A stretch of 63,094 bases of DNA, filler included. It is 7 parts of 7 records of this genome, joined end to end, with 100 filler letters (N's around TTAATTAATTAA, not from the genome) between each part and the next. Parts side by side here need not be neighbours in the genome. Positions count along the whole stretch, not along the records: positions 6,720 to 14,277 come from SRR31156797_10824; positions 14,378 to 29,438 come from SRR31156797_10827; 5 more parts are not named here. The stretch is one strand, 5' to 3'. A program made the translations under genes and the position numbers. This document shows, one piece after another, positions 8,437-18,172 of this stretch. Below the pieces are notes generated by a model. That model worked only from the letters and a program-made list of their open reading frames with translations. It ran no database searches and had not been told where the DNA came from. Position 1 is the stretch's first letter; the number at the start of each line of letters is the position of its first letter.

Positions 8437-9885
8437 TTATTTCTTCTTGCGGAAAACCAACAGCCGTTTAAAGACTTTATTCCACGATTCAGCATCCAGC
8501 AGCGGAGCATCTGTGGTAGCCTTGTAAGTGAGGAAAATCCCCAGCGGAAGTAATATTCCTGACGCCATCCACATGGCAAATTCAGGTTCGAGCACGCCCG
8601 CACGCGCATATTTTTCACCTGTGATCGAAATAATATGGTAAATCACAAAAAATACGATCGAGACCACAACCGGCATTCCCAGGCCACCCTTACGGATGAT
8701 GGCTCCAAGTGGTGCGCCAATAAAAAACAGGATAAAACATGCAATCGAAAGTGTGAACTTTCTGTGCCACTCAATGTCGTGTTTTCTAATGCGTTCGGCG
8801 CGTTTCTCAAAATCATTAATGCTGAATTCAAGGTTGTTTTTAGCCGACCTTGCCGACTGTATTGCAAAGTCAAGTGCGCGTTCGAGTGTGGTTTTACTTA
8901 CATCATCAATATTGTAGATGGTATCAGCCTTTTTGTAATCCGATGGGAGTGAATCCCGCTCGTAGAAGGTGGTGTCGATTTGTTTGAAAAACACAAACCG
9001 GCTGTTTACACTTTTGTTGAGTTTGTCTTTTCGCAATACCAGTTCCGCATCCAGCGAATCTCTGAAGACTTGTAACTGCTCAAGGTTCATCATTTGGTAG
9101 TTGTTCCTGAAAAGGTTTTCATCCGTTCGGTTCAATGCAAAATCCAGCCCGCTGAACCTTCGGGTTTGCTCGCTGAATTTACTTCGCTGGAAGGGCCTTG
9201 TTTGTTTATATCCTTTCCGGTTTATGATATCCTCGTAATTATAACCATTAAAAAGATGGAAAATCAATGTGGATTTATCGGGTGTTAATTCCATTTGGCC
9301 CCATTCAGCTGTTGTTAGCTTTATGTTTCCAATACGATCGGTATGATTGTAGATCATCACATCGCGGATGGTGTTTTTTTCCTGGTCCTTTTCGTTGATC
9401 CGGATTGTAAATCCATCAATACCATTATAAAAAATTCCTTCCTTAATATTGAGCGTAAGCTTTTGCTGCCTCACATCATAAAGCAAAGAATGGAATTTCA
9501 GGTTGGCGATGGGTAATATGTTATTGGAAAAAAAGAAAGCTGCAATGCTGATGATTATTGAAAGGGCAATGAGCGGTTTCATGATCCGTCGAAGCGAAAT
9601 GCCTGAAGCCTTCATGGCTACGAGTTCGTAGTTTTCGCCCAGGTTACCAAAAGTCATTAATGATGACAATAAAATGGCAAGGGGAAGTGCAAGGGGAACA
9701 AATGTGGAGGATGCGTAAAAAAGTAACTCGGTGATAACGTACCATTCCAAACCTTTGCCCACCAGTTCGTCCACGTATTTCCACAAAAACTGCATCACCA
9801 GGATGAACAGGGAAATAAAGAAGGTCAGCACCAGTGGCCCCAGGTAAGATTTTAATATGAATAAATCGAGCTTTTTCAAACGCAT
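8437..9885 (-). CDS. LptF/LptG family LPS export permease
   Basis: KKLDLFILKSYLGP, ELVAMKASGISLRRI, EWHRKFTLSIAC...IGAPLG and multiple TM helices. Minus-strand TATCTTTG promoter at 9901-9908. Confidence 0.9.
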   Translation of the reverse strand: MRLKKLDLFILKSYLGPLVLTFFISLFILVMQFLWKYVDELVGKGLEWYVITELLFYASSTFVPLALPLAILLSSLMTFGNLGENYELVAMKASGISLRRIMKPLIALSIIISIAAFFFSNNILPIANLKFHSLLYDVRQQKLTLNIKEGIFYNGIDGFTIRINEKDQEKNTIRDVMIYNHTDRIGNIKLTTAEWGQMELTPDKSTLIFHLFNGYNYEDIINRKGYKQTRPFQRSKFSEQTRRFSGLDFALNRTDENLFRNNYQMMNLEQLQVFRDSLDAELVLRKDKLNKSVNSRFVFFKQIDTTFYERDSLPSDYKKADTIYNIDDVSKTTLERALDFAIQSARSAKNNLEFSINDFEKRAERIRKHDIEWHRKFTLSIACFILFFIGAPLGAIIRKGGLGMPVVVSIVFFVIYHIISITGEKYARAGVLEPEFAMWMASGILLPLGIFLTYKATTDAPLLDAESWNKVFKRLLVFRKKK

Positions 9886-10115
9886 TTTTTATTGGTGCCG
9901 CAAAGATAAAACTGTTGTCCGGATTGCAATTAACGTTGATATTGTTAAAATGGTCTGAGTGTTTGATTTTAATTCGTGTTGCTATGATTTAAGACATTGT
10001 AGTTCTAATAGGTGTTCAATAAAATACCAAATGAGAAAATTGTTTTTAACCAACCAAATTATTTTATAAGAGCCATTCGTGTTTGTCCGGTAAGTCAAAA
10101 AAAAGAAAATTTAGT

Positions 10116-10152
10116 TAGGATTCGTGATTATCGTAGGATTCGTGATTATCGT
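10116..10152. repeat. Perfect 18-bp tandem duplication
   Basis: TAGGATTCGTGATTATCG twice (10116-10133, 10134-10151). Confidence 0.85.
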
Positions 10153-10222
10153 CCGGATATTTATCTGTGTAATTTCAAATTTGGTTTATCCGTTATCTTT
10201 GCAAGTTCTAAAATCAAAACAA

Positions 10223-11401
10223 ATGAACCTAAAGGAAGTCAAAACAAAAAAGGATAAGAAGCAGTTCCTCGATGTTGCAAGAAAAATTTATGCCAACGAT
10301 GATAACTGGATAGCTCCTTTGGATGAGGACATCGAATCCATTTTTGATCCTGAAAAAAACGGCTACTACGATGGTGGCGAGGCCATCAGGTGGATTTTGG
10401 AGGGCAACCATGGTGAAGCTATAGGACGGGTAGCGGCCTTTTACAACAGGAAAAAAGCTGCAACCTACGAGCAACCAACCGGGGGCATGGGTTTTTTTGA
10501 ATGCATCGATAACAAGGAAGCAGCATTTTTAATGTTTGATGCCTGCCGGAAATGGCTCGAAGATCGTGGCATGGAAGCCATGGACGGCCCGGTGAATTTT
10601 GGAGAGAACGACCAGTTTTGGGGATTACTCGTTGATGGATTCATGCAACAGAGCTACGGTATGCAATACCATCACCCATACTACCGCAAATTTTTCGAGG
10701 ATTATGGGTTCTTCAACTATTTTGAGCAGGTTACCAATCATTTGGATATGAGTGTTCCTTTCCCGGAGAGGTTCTGGAAAATTGCCGACTGGATTTCCAA
10801 AAAGCCGGGATTTCATTATGAACATTTCAGAATGGAAAATGCCGAAAAATATATCCGGGATTTAAAATCTGTTTATGATGAGGGCTGGGCCGATCACGAG
10901 CATTTCACACCTTTAAATGAAAAAGATATTCGGTCCGGGCTCGAAAAAGCCAAACCCATCCTGGACGAAGAAATCATCTGGTTTGCTTATTACGAAAATA
11001 AACCCATCGCATTTTTGGTGATGTTTCCGGATGTAAACCAGATTTTCAGGCACTTCAATGGCAAGCTGCATTTGTGGAATAAGCTCAGGTTTTTGTATTA
11101 CAAACGTCGTGGAGAAATACAACGTACCCGGATTACCGTGATGGGTGTTGTGCCACGTTTTCAAAAGCACGGCATCGAATCGGCCATTTTCAAAAAGCTC
11201 AGGGAGGTTTTCGACCGCCGGCCACGATATAAAGAGGTGGAGCTGTCATGGGTTGGGGATTTTAATCCCAAAATGGAAGCCTTGCATAAAGCCGTTGGTG
11301 GTAAGTTTGGTAAAAAGCACATCACCTATCGCAAGCTGTTTAAAGATGGTGCTGCTCCACAACATGCCAAAACCTTAGGGCCGGAAAAGCTTAGGAAATA
11401 A
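10223..11401 (+). CDS. YghO / bacterial ceramide synthase-like double-GNAT acyltransferase
   Basis: IYANDDNWIAPL, GRVAAF, GFFECIDN, GPVNF...WGLLVDGF, PYY, ELSWVGDFN. The TATCTTTG promoter at 10194-10201 supports ATG 10223. Confidence 0.75.
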   Translation: MNLKEVKTKKDKKQFLDVARKIYANDDNWIAPLDEDIESIFDPEKNGYYDGGEAIRWILEGNHGEAIGRVAAFYNRKKAATYEQPTGGMGFFECIDNKEAAFLMFDACRKWLEDRGMEAMDGPVNFGENDQFWGLLVDGFMQQSYGMQYHHPYYRKFFEDYGFFNYFEQVTNHLDMSVPFPERFWKIADWISKKPGFHYEHFRMENAEKYIRDLKSVYDEGWADHEHFTPLNEKDIRSGLEKAKPILDEEIIWFAYYENKPIAFLVMFPDVNQIFRHFNGKLHLWNKLRFLYYKRRGEIQRTRITVMGVVPRFQKHGIESAIFKKLREVFDRRPRYKEVELSWVGDFNPKMEALHKAVGGKFGKKHITYRKLFKDGAAPQHAKTLGPEKLRK

Positions 11402-11627
11402 TTGGAAATTTTCTCCCGAAAGCCGGTTTTAGGGCTCCTTTACAAGGCAAACGTAAAACGTTACCAGTCAAATCGTAATCTACCAAAAACTTATCAGAAT
11501 GTACCTTTTTCTGATTTGATTTTGATATAGTGATAGAGTAAATATAATTTAGTCGATTGGGGTAAAAATTAAGGCTATATTTTAAGTCAGAAAATTCCTG
11601 GCAATTTTTTGGTTTTTAAAAAAGATT

Positions 11628-11635
11628 TATATTTG
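11628..11635 (+). promoter_or_regulatory. Bacteroidota -7 promoter element
   Basis: TATATTTG, with TTTG at 11608-11611 upstream. Confidence 0.6.
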
Positions 11636-11707
11636 CAACCTTTAGTCAGAAAACGTTTAAATCATCTTTTAACTAACAAATTATTCATTAATTAAATCAA
11701 CTTTATT

Positions 11708-13744
11708 ATGAAGAAAACATTACTAATTGTTTTAACACTGATGTTTGGAGTAGCTGTAATGGCGCAGAGAGCGCAGGTTAATCCAAACATTCCATCAGAA
11801 AAAGCCATCTTTGCTGACAAAGCAGATCCTGCACCGGCAAATCTTCCAAATGTTGGCCAATCACAAAAAGCAAAAGCTCCTGCAGCATACAAGGGAACCG
11901 ATGTTGTATCAATTATCGACATAGGATCTTCAGCAAATGCATATGGTTATGGTTATGCAGGTGGTCAAAAATCATTGGTTAATGTTGACAATGATCTGAA
12001 TATGGTAACCAACGTTCACCGTATGGGTGGCGACCTGGATCCAGGTGGATACTCAGGAGACCTTGGTTATGATGTTTCAGTTGACGGCGGTATGACTTTT
12101 AACAACATGGTGGAAGTGTATGTTGCTACCGAAAATGCAGGTGGTACATATTATCTGGATGCCATTCGTTATCCTGCTCATGGTGTATACAACCCTGTAG
12201 GGAATACTGATCCTAACAACGCATACATGGCGTTCTTTGGGCCAAACCTTGACGGCTCAAACTCTTCCGATTCATGGGGAGGCTACAGCTATGGTGTTCA
12301 CAAAATTGGCAGCGATCCTAACGTAGATACAACAAAACATCTCATTTCTTCAGATCCTGCAGACGGAAAATTCCAGTACATCCCTGACGGATATGCCATG
12401 GTAAATCCAAACGCAGAGTATTGGGTAGCCGACCTCAACCAGGACTGGTCAAGCGGTGCGCTTGTATGGCTCAATGAAATGATCATTACACGCGGTACAT
12501 GGAACGAAACTGAAATGGACTTCGAGATTGAGCAAATGATCATGGAATGTGAATCAACTGAAGCTGCCAGCCGTCCTGCATTGCAGAAAGTTGAGTTTTC
12601 TCCTGACGGACAAATTGGCTACATTGCTGTACTTTCAGACAATGGCGAAGTTGAAATTTCAGCTGACCTGTCATATTATCCAATCTTATGGAGAACCGAA
12701 GACGGTGGTGAAACCTGGGAAGGCCCTATTGAAGTTGCACTTGCCGGCGAAGATGGAATTGCTGAAGTTCTTGCATATCTTTCAGACGAAGAAATTGGTG
12801 AACTTTTTGTTGAGCCATTGCCAGAGCGTGAAGAAATTCCTTTTACAACTGCGTTCGACTTCGACCTTAGCGTTGATATGTATGGCAACCCTGTAATTGC
12901 TGTTATGGTTGGTGTAACAGGAGGTGATCCTTATTCAATCCTCACTGGTATTTCACCATCATCAGGTTATGCTTTCTTCTCAGCTTTCATGCTGCATTCA
13001 ACTGACATGGGTGAACCAGGAAGCTGGTATGGTCATGACTTAGGCCGTCCGGTATCATTCCGTGGTAACTTTGGCGACCTCACAGAAGACAACCGTATCC
13101 AGATTGCACGTACACCTGCCGGTGACAAAATGTTTGCCGCATGGCTCGATACTGACACCACAGTTTCAGCTGAAAACAATGCACCTGATATCTGGTGCCG
13201 TGGTTGGGATATGGCTTCAAACAGCCTGACTGTAAATGAAAACGGTGAAGATCGCCCAACAAACGTAACTTTCGGTTCAGAAGGTACTTTCTCAGCTTAC
13301 TTCTTTGCCATGGGTAATGAAGTACTCGATATGGGCGACGGTAACTACACCATCCCGTTTGTATACGAAAACATGACTCCGACAGATCCTGCACAGCCAG
13401 TACAATTCAAGTACATCCAGGACTTCATGTTTACAGATGCAGACTTTACACTCGTAGGTGTTGAAGATGCTCCGGCAGTAGCTGAATTTGCACAGGTTTC
13501 ACAATCAAGCCCGAACCCTGCAGTTAACAATGCCAAATTCACTGTTACGCTCCGTGAAAACACAAATGTTAGCATTAGAGTTACCAACCTCATGGGACAA
13601 ACTGTAAAAGTGCTCCCAACCGAAACAATGCAGGCTGGTGCAAATACCGTTAACATTAACGTATCTGATCTTACTTCAGGTGTTTATTTCTACACTGTAG
13701 AAGCCGGCACAGAAGCCATCACCAGGAAGATGATCGTGAAGTAG
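11708..13744 (+). CDS. Secreted acidic protein with Asp-box motifs and a T9SS type A C-terminal sorting domain
   Basis: Signal peptide; SVDGGMTF and TEDGGETW Asp-boxes; C-terminal PNP...SGVYFYTV...RKMIVK. Confidence 0.85.
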   Translation: MKKTLLIVLTLMFGVAVMAQRAQVNPNIPSEKAIFADKADPAPANLPNVGQSQKAKAPAAYKGTDVVSIIDIGSSANAYGYGYAGGQKSLVNVDNDLNMVTNVHRMGGDLDPGGYSGDLGYDVSVDGGMTFNNMVEVYVATENAGGTYYLDAIRYPAHGVYNPVGNTDPNNAYMAFFGPNLDGSNSSDSWGGYSYGVHKIGSDPNVDTTKHLISSDPADGKFQYIPDGYAMVNPNAEYWVADLNQDWSSGALVWLNEMIITRGTWNETEMDFEIEQMIMECESTEAASRPALQKVEFSPDGQIGYIAVLSDNGEVEISADLSYYPILWRTEDGGETWEGPIEVALAGEDGIAEVLAYLSDEEIGELFVEPLPEREEIPFTTAFDFDLSVDMYGNPVIAVMVGVTGGDPYSILTGISPSSGYAFFSAFMLHSTDMGEPGSWYGHDLGRPVSFRGNFGDLTEDNRIQIARTPAGDKMFAAWLDTDTTVSAENNAPDIWCRGWDMASNSLTVNENGEDRPTNVTFGSEGTFSAYFFAMGNEVLDMGDGNYTIPFVYENMTPTDPAQPVQFKYIQDFMFTDADFTLVGVEDAPAVAEFAQVSQSSPNPAVNNAKFTVTLRENTNVSIRVTNLMGQTVKVLPTETMQAGANTVNINVSDLTSGVYFYTVEAGTEAITRKMIVK

Positions 13745-13767
13745 TATAAAACTCACATAATATTATG

Positions 13768-13799
13768 AAGCCGCATTCCACTGGGATGCGGCTTTTTTT
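13768..13799 (+). terminator. Rho-independent terminator
   Basis: AAGCCGCATTCC-ACT-GGGATGCGGCTT followed by a T run. Confidence 0.85.
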
Positions 13800-13929
13800 A
13801 CCGTTAACTGATTCCCAGTGTACAATTTATTACTTGAGGCCGCTCCCGGATCAAATTTCAGCTACATTTGTCCCGTATTGCAACTTTTGCGATTATTCAT
13901 TATTTTTTAACAACTTAACTAACTAATTC

Positions 13930-14277
13930 ATGAAAAAATTCTTACTATTTGCCATGGCCCTCGTTTTTGGGTTTTCACTGGCAGCACAAAATCTCAAACC
14001 AAACCTTGAATCTGAAAAGCCTGTTTTTACAAAGCGAATCTCAGCAGAGCCGCAAAACATTGCAGCAGTAGGTCAATCACACCAGGCCAATACCAACCAT
14101 GCGTTCAAAGGCACAGACGTGGTTTCGATTATAGATATCGGAAGTTCAGCAAATGCTTACGGATATGGTTATGGTGGTGGGCAGAAAAACCTCGTAGCTG
14201 TTAACAACGACCTGAATACAGTAACTAATTTCCACCGTATGGGTGGTGACCTGGATCCGGGTGGATATTCCGGAGAC
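13930..14277 (+). CDS. Paralog of the upstream T9SS protein (N-terminus only, truncated)
   Basis: Signal peptide, then KGTDVVSIIDIGSSANAYGYGY.GGQK...HRMGGDLDPGGYSGD, nearly identical to 11708..13744. Own TACATTTG promoter at 13863-13870. Confidence 0.85.
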
Positions 14278-14377
14278 NNNNNNNNNNNNNNNNNNNNNNN
14301 NNNNNNNNNNNNNNNNNNNNNTTAATTAATTAANNNNNNNNNNNNNNNNNNNNNNNNNNNNNNNNNNNNNNNNNNNN
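14278..14377. other. Artificial contig spacer
   Basis: N44-TTAATTAATTAA-N44. Confidence 0.98.
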
Positions 14378-16114
14378 GAACTATTTGCCCATGGTGGTGA
14401 AGTTCAAATTGGAGGAACTATTTCTGCAACAGATGGTTTCGTTGAAACTTCTGGGAAAGATTTTACAATCTTAGATGATGCAAAAATTACTGCAGGTGAG
14501 TGGCTTATTGACCCTGTAAATATAACAATAGATAATGCAGCAGCATATGAATATGCATTAAATAATGGAACAGATACTCTTATCCAAACAGATAATGTAA
14601 CAGGAAGTGATGAGGGTAATATCTATGTAAATGAAACAATAGCATGGAATACGAGTGCAAAACTAACACTAGATGCATATAATAATATATATATTAATGC
14701 GGATATAGATGTAACTGGAGCTGGAACATTAGCCTTGTACTATGGGCAAGGAACATTAAAATCAGGAAACACTTCAGATTATTATATAAATGCGCCTGTA
14801 AACTTAAGTAGTTCAAGTAGCTTTATTACAAACCAAGGAAGTGATGGAAGTGATGTAAACTGGACAATAGTAAATGATATAACTTCTTTACAAAATATAG
14901 CACTAACTGGAAACTATGTATTAGGAAGTGATATTGATGCTAGTGATACAATTAATTGGAACAGTGGTGCTGGATTTAATCCTATTGGAGATTTTTATAA
15001 TAGCTTCTTTGGAAACATTGATGGCCTTGGTCATACTATTGATAAGCTTTTTATAAATAGAAATTCTTATAATATAGGTCTTATTAGCTATTCGAGTAGT
15101 TCAATTATAAGAGATATAGGACTTACAAATGTTAATATAAAAGGAAGTAATGCTACGGGAGGATTAGTTGGAACTACTAGTTCTTCATCAATTACAAATT
15201 CCTATGTTACTGGAACTATTTCTGGAGCTAAAAATGTAGGAGGATTAGTTGGCTATAATAGTTATTCAACAATCACAAATTCTTATGTTGATGGAAGTAT
15301 TTCTGGAGCTGAAAATGTAGGAGGATTAGTTGGTATTAATAATTTTTCTATCTCTAACTCTTATGCCTCTGGTTCTGTTTCTGGAAATAATTATGTAGGA
15401 GGACTTGTTGGTTATAATTCTAATTCTTATGGATATTCACTTATCTTTAACTCTTATGCCTCTGGTTCTATTTCTGGAAATACTGATATAGGAGGATTAA
15501 TTGGATATAATAATTCTTATTATGGGAACTCATCTATCTCTAACTCTTACTGGAATATAAATACAACAGGTCAATCTGCTTCTTCTGGTGGTGAAGGAGC
15601 AACAACAGCACAACTTCAAGATATTTTAGCAAATAATAGTTTAGTATGGGATATGGAGTATTTTAGTGGAACAGAAAATCCAACCTTAGCTTGGCAACAT
15701 TCAAATAGTGCTACAACTACAACTTGGGTAATGGGAACTCCACTAGCTATAATTGAGCCAGAAGCTTATCTACCACCAGTTTCAACACCAATACAATCAA
15801 ACCAAGAAAGAGTAAATAAAATAATCACGCCAATAAATAATAAAACCTTAACAAACACACCCAAAAAACAAAGTTTTGTATTTAACAACTATAAAAATAC
15901 ACAAGTTAATAAAACCCAAAATTCTATTGTTTCTGCTGTAGAAACAAACTCGAACAAAAAGCTTGTTTCTTTATCAGAACTGAAAAATCAAACTGGTACA
16001 TCTAAAGTTAGAGTTCCACTAAATGACAACTCTATTATCACTTTAGTTGACAATGCCCTTAATCTGCCAGCTGGTACTGAACAAGAATTTTATATTAATG
16101 AAAACAACAAATAA
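14378..16114 (+). CDS. TpsA exoprotein (HMW1/HxuA-type secretion-domain tail, GLUG repeats), 5'-truncated
   Basis: Frame is open from the contig start: GFVETSG and GEWLIDP, then repeated NVGGLVG/SYASGSVSG units. Confidence 0.85.
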   Translation, partial: ELFAHGGEVQIGGTISATDGFVETSGKDFTILDDAKITAGEWLIDPVNITIDNAAAYEYALNNGTDTLIQTDNVTGSDEGNIYVNETIAWNTSAKLTLDAYNNIYINADIDVTGAGTLALYYGQGTLKSGNTSDYYINAPVNLSSSSSFITNQGSDGSDVNWTIVNDITSLQNIALTGNYVLGSDIDASDTINWNSGAGFNPIGDFYNSFFGNIDGLGHTIDKLFINRNSYNIGLISYSSSSIIRDIGLTNVNIKGSNATGGLVGTTSSSSITNSYVTGTISGAKNVGGLVGYNSYSTITNSYVDGSISGAENVGGLVGINNFSISNSYASGSVSGNNYVGGLVGYNSNSYGYSLIFNSYASGSISGNTDIGGLIGYNNSYYGNSSISNSYWNINTTGQSASSGGEGATTAQLQDILANNSLVWDMEYFSGTENPTLAWQHSNSATTTTWVMGTPLAIIEPEAYLPPVSTPIQSNQERVNKIITPINNKTLTNTPKKQSFVFNNYKNTQVNKTQNSIVSAVETNSNKKLVSLSELKNQTGTSKVRVPLNDNSIITLVDNALNLPAGTEQEFYINENNK

Positions 16115-16123
16115 AGGTATTAA

Positions 16124-17809
16124 ATGAAATTTCTACACAAAATAACTGCTTCATCTTTTTTTACTTCAACTTTACTTTTAGGTGCTTCAACACCAAATGT
16201 TGGGACAATATCAAAAGAGATAAATCCACCTAAAAATATACAAAAAGATAAAAAAGATTTAATTGAAATCGAAGGAATAAAAAACTACGAAGAACCTATG
16301 AAGTTCTCTGACACACAGGAAAAGGTATTAATAAATAACTTTGATATAAAAGGCAACACCAAACTATCTATACAAGAGATAAATACTATTATAAAAAAGT
16401 ATGAGAATACGCAACTATCTTTTTATGATATGCAAATTATAGCTTCATCTATAACTAAACTGTATAGAGATAAAGGATACTTTGTAGCTCGTGCTTATAT
16501 TCCTGTACAAGATACTTCAAGTGGAACTTTAAAGGTTGTTATTATAGAAGGTGAGTTTGGCTCTATCAACCTTGAAAACAGTTCAGATGTAAAAGATAGT
16601 GTAATAAATGGTATTTTTAACAATATAAAAAAAGAATCAGTTATCTCAACAAAAGCTTTAGAAAGAGGTTTACTAATAGCAAATGACCTTCCAGGAGTTT
16701 ATGTTTCTCAAGCTGATGTTAAAGCAGGTAGTAAAATAGGAACAAGTGATTTTGATATAAAGACATCACAAAAATCAAAATATCAAGGTTATATAATAGC
16801 TGACAACTATGGAAACAGGTACTCAAATAAAAACAGAGTTATGGCATCTGCAACTATAAATTCACCTTTTAAAATAGGAGATAAACTATCAGTTACAGGT
16901 TTACAAAGTGAAGATGCTTACTTAAAATATATCGATTTAAACTACAATACTCTACTCTCATCAAATGGACTTAGAGGTGGTTTTGGATATTCATATACAA
17001 GTTATAAACTAGGTGAAGAGTTTGCTGCTTTAGAAGCTAAAGGTTACTCAAAAGACATAAACTTTAATCTATCATATCCAATCATAAGACAAAGAGAAAA
17101 AACACTATTAGTAAATTTTGACTTTTATAACAAAAAAGTAAAAGATGATATAGATAGTACAAATACCTCATCAAAAAAGAAAATAAATGTTGCTAACCTA
17201 TCTTTAGATTATACTTATTCAACACTTTTCAATAATCTTCCATCTGATACTAGATTGATAGGAACATTAACTTATGGTAACTTATCTTTTTATAGCAACT
17301 CAGACCTTTCAGATGATATGGCAGGAGCAAATACAAATGGAACATACAAAAAGTTTAACCTAGAAGCATTTAAATCAATTGGTATTACATCAAAGCTTTC
17401 TTTAGAAGGATCATTTAAATACCAACACTCTTTTTCTAATAAAAACCTAGATGGAAGTGAAGATTTATCGATTGGTGGAAGCCAAGGTGTAAAAGTTTAT
17501 CCTACAAGCGAAGTTAGTGCTGAAAATGGATATGTCTTATCTCTTGAAGCAAAATATACTCTACCTAATATAAACAGTTATTCTCATACTATTGGAGTTT
17601 TCTTTGATAAAGCTAGAGCCTATTCGGCAAACAACACAAATATTATAGGTGAAGATATAAATCTACAAGACGCTGGTATTTCATATTATGCATCATATAA
17701 AGATTTCTTTATAAACTCTTATATGGCTTGGAGAGTAAACAGTAGAGAGATTACAAGTGAGCCTGATTATAATTCTAAATTGTTAGTTCAAATAGGCTGG
17801 GTATTTTAA
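16124..17809 (+). CDS. TpsB (ShlB/FhaC/HecB family) outer-membrane transporter
   Basis: POTRA motif YRDKGYFVARAYIP, DNYGNRY, IGGSQGVKVY, C-terminal aromatic residue (IGWVF). Confidence 0.9.
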   Translation: MKFLHKITASSFFTSTLLLGASTPNVGTISKEINPPKNIQKDKKDLIEIEGIKNYEEPMKFSDTQEKVLINNFDIKGNTKLSIQEINTIIKKYENTQLSFYDMQIIASSITKLYRDKGYFVARAYIPVQDTSSGTLKVVIIEGEFGSINLENSSDVKDSVINGIFNNIKKESVISTKALERGLLIANDLPGVYVSQADVKAGSKIGTSDFDIKTSQKSKYQGYIIADNYGNRYSNKNRVMASATINSPFKIGDKLSVTGLQSEDAYLKYIDLNYNTLLSSNGLRGGFGYSYTSYKLGEEFAALEAKGYSKDINFNLSYPIIRQREKTLLVNFDFYNKKVKDDIDSTNTSSKKKINVANLSLDYTYSTLFNNLPSDTRLIGTLTYGNLSFYSNSDLSDDMAGANTNGTYKKFNLEAFKSIGITSKLSLEGSFKYQHSFSNKNLDGSEDLSIGGSQGVKVYPTSEVSAENGYVLSLEAKYTLPNINSYSHTIGVFFDKARAYSANNTNIIGEDINLQDAGISYYASYKDFFINSYMAWRVNSREITSEPDYNSKLLVQIGWVF

Positions 17810-17816
17810 TCAATTT

Positions 17817-17847
17817 TAAAAAAGTAGAAGAAAATCTTCTACTTCTT
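17817..17847. terminator. Hairpin between convergent tpsB and ppiC
   Basis: AAGTAGAAGA-AAA-TCTTCTACTT with A/T flanks. Confidence 0.6.
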
Positions 17848-18129
17848 TTAGTCTTCTCTTGAAGTAGTTTCTAATAAGTGGTATCCAAATTGTGTTTGAA
17901 CTGGTCCATGAACTACATTTACAGCTTCGTTAAATACAACTTGGTCAAACTCTGGAACCATATCACCTTGGTTAAATGTTCCAAGTTCTCCACCTCTTGC
18001 TCCTGATGGACACTGAGAGTATTCTTTTGCTAAATCTTCAAATTTTTCACCGTTTGCAATTCTTTGTTTTAAATCATTACAAAGTTCTTCACTTTCTACT
18101 AATAAATGTCTAGCTGATGCGCTTGCCAT
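17848..18129 (-). CDS. ppiC: Parvulin peptidyl-prolyl isomerase
   Basis: ASARHLLV, YSQCPSGARGGELG, GPVQTQFGYH. ATG 18129 follows AAAGGA. Confidence 0.92.
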   Translation of the reverse strand: MASASARHLLVESEELCNDLKQRIANGEKFEDLAKEYSQCPSGARGGELGTFNQGDMVPEFDQVVFNEAVNVVHGPVQTQFGYHLLETTSRED

Positions 18130-18172
18130 AATATTTCCTTTTTTATTTTCTAGAGGCGAAATTCTAACATAA

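Noticed and set aside
10012-10257. 81-aa ORF with an RIRDYR repeat
   Set aside because: The repeat is just the 18-bp duplication, and the ORF spans the promoter of the real downstream gene.
11581-11653. AGTCAGAAAA direct repeat flanking the T9SS-gene promoter
   Set aside because: Only two short copies in AT-rich DNA, not distinguishable from chance without homologs.
14378-17809. Contact-dependent inhibition (CdiAB/CdiI) system
   Set aside because: No VENN/pre-toxin motif, toxin domain or immunity ORF.
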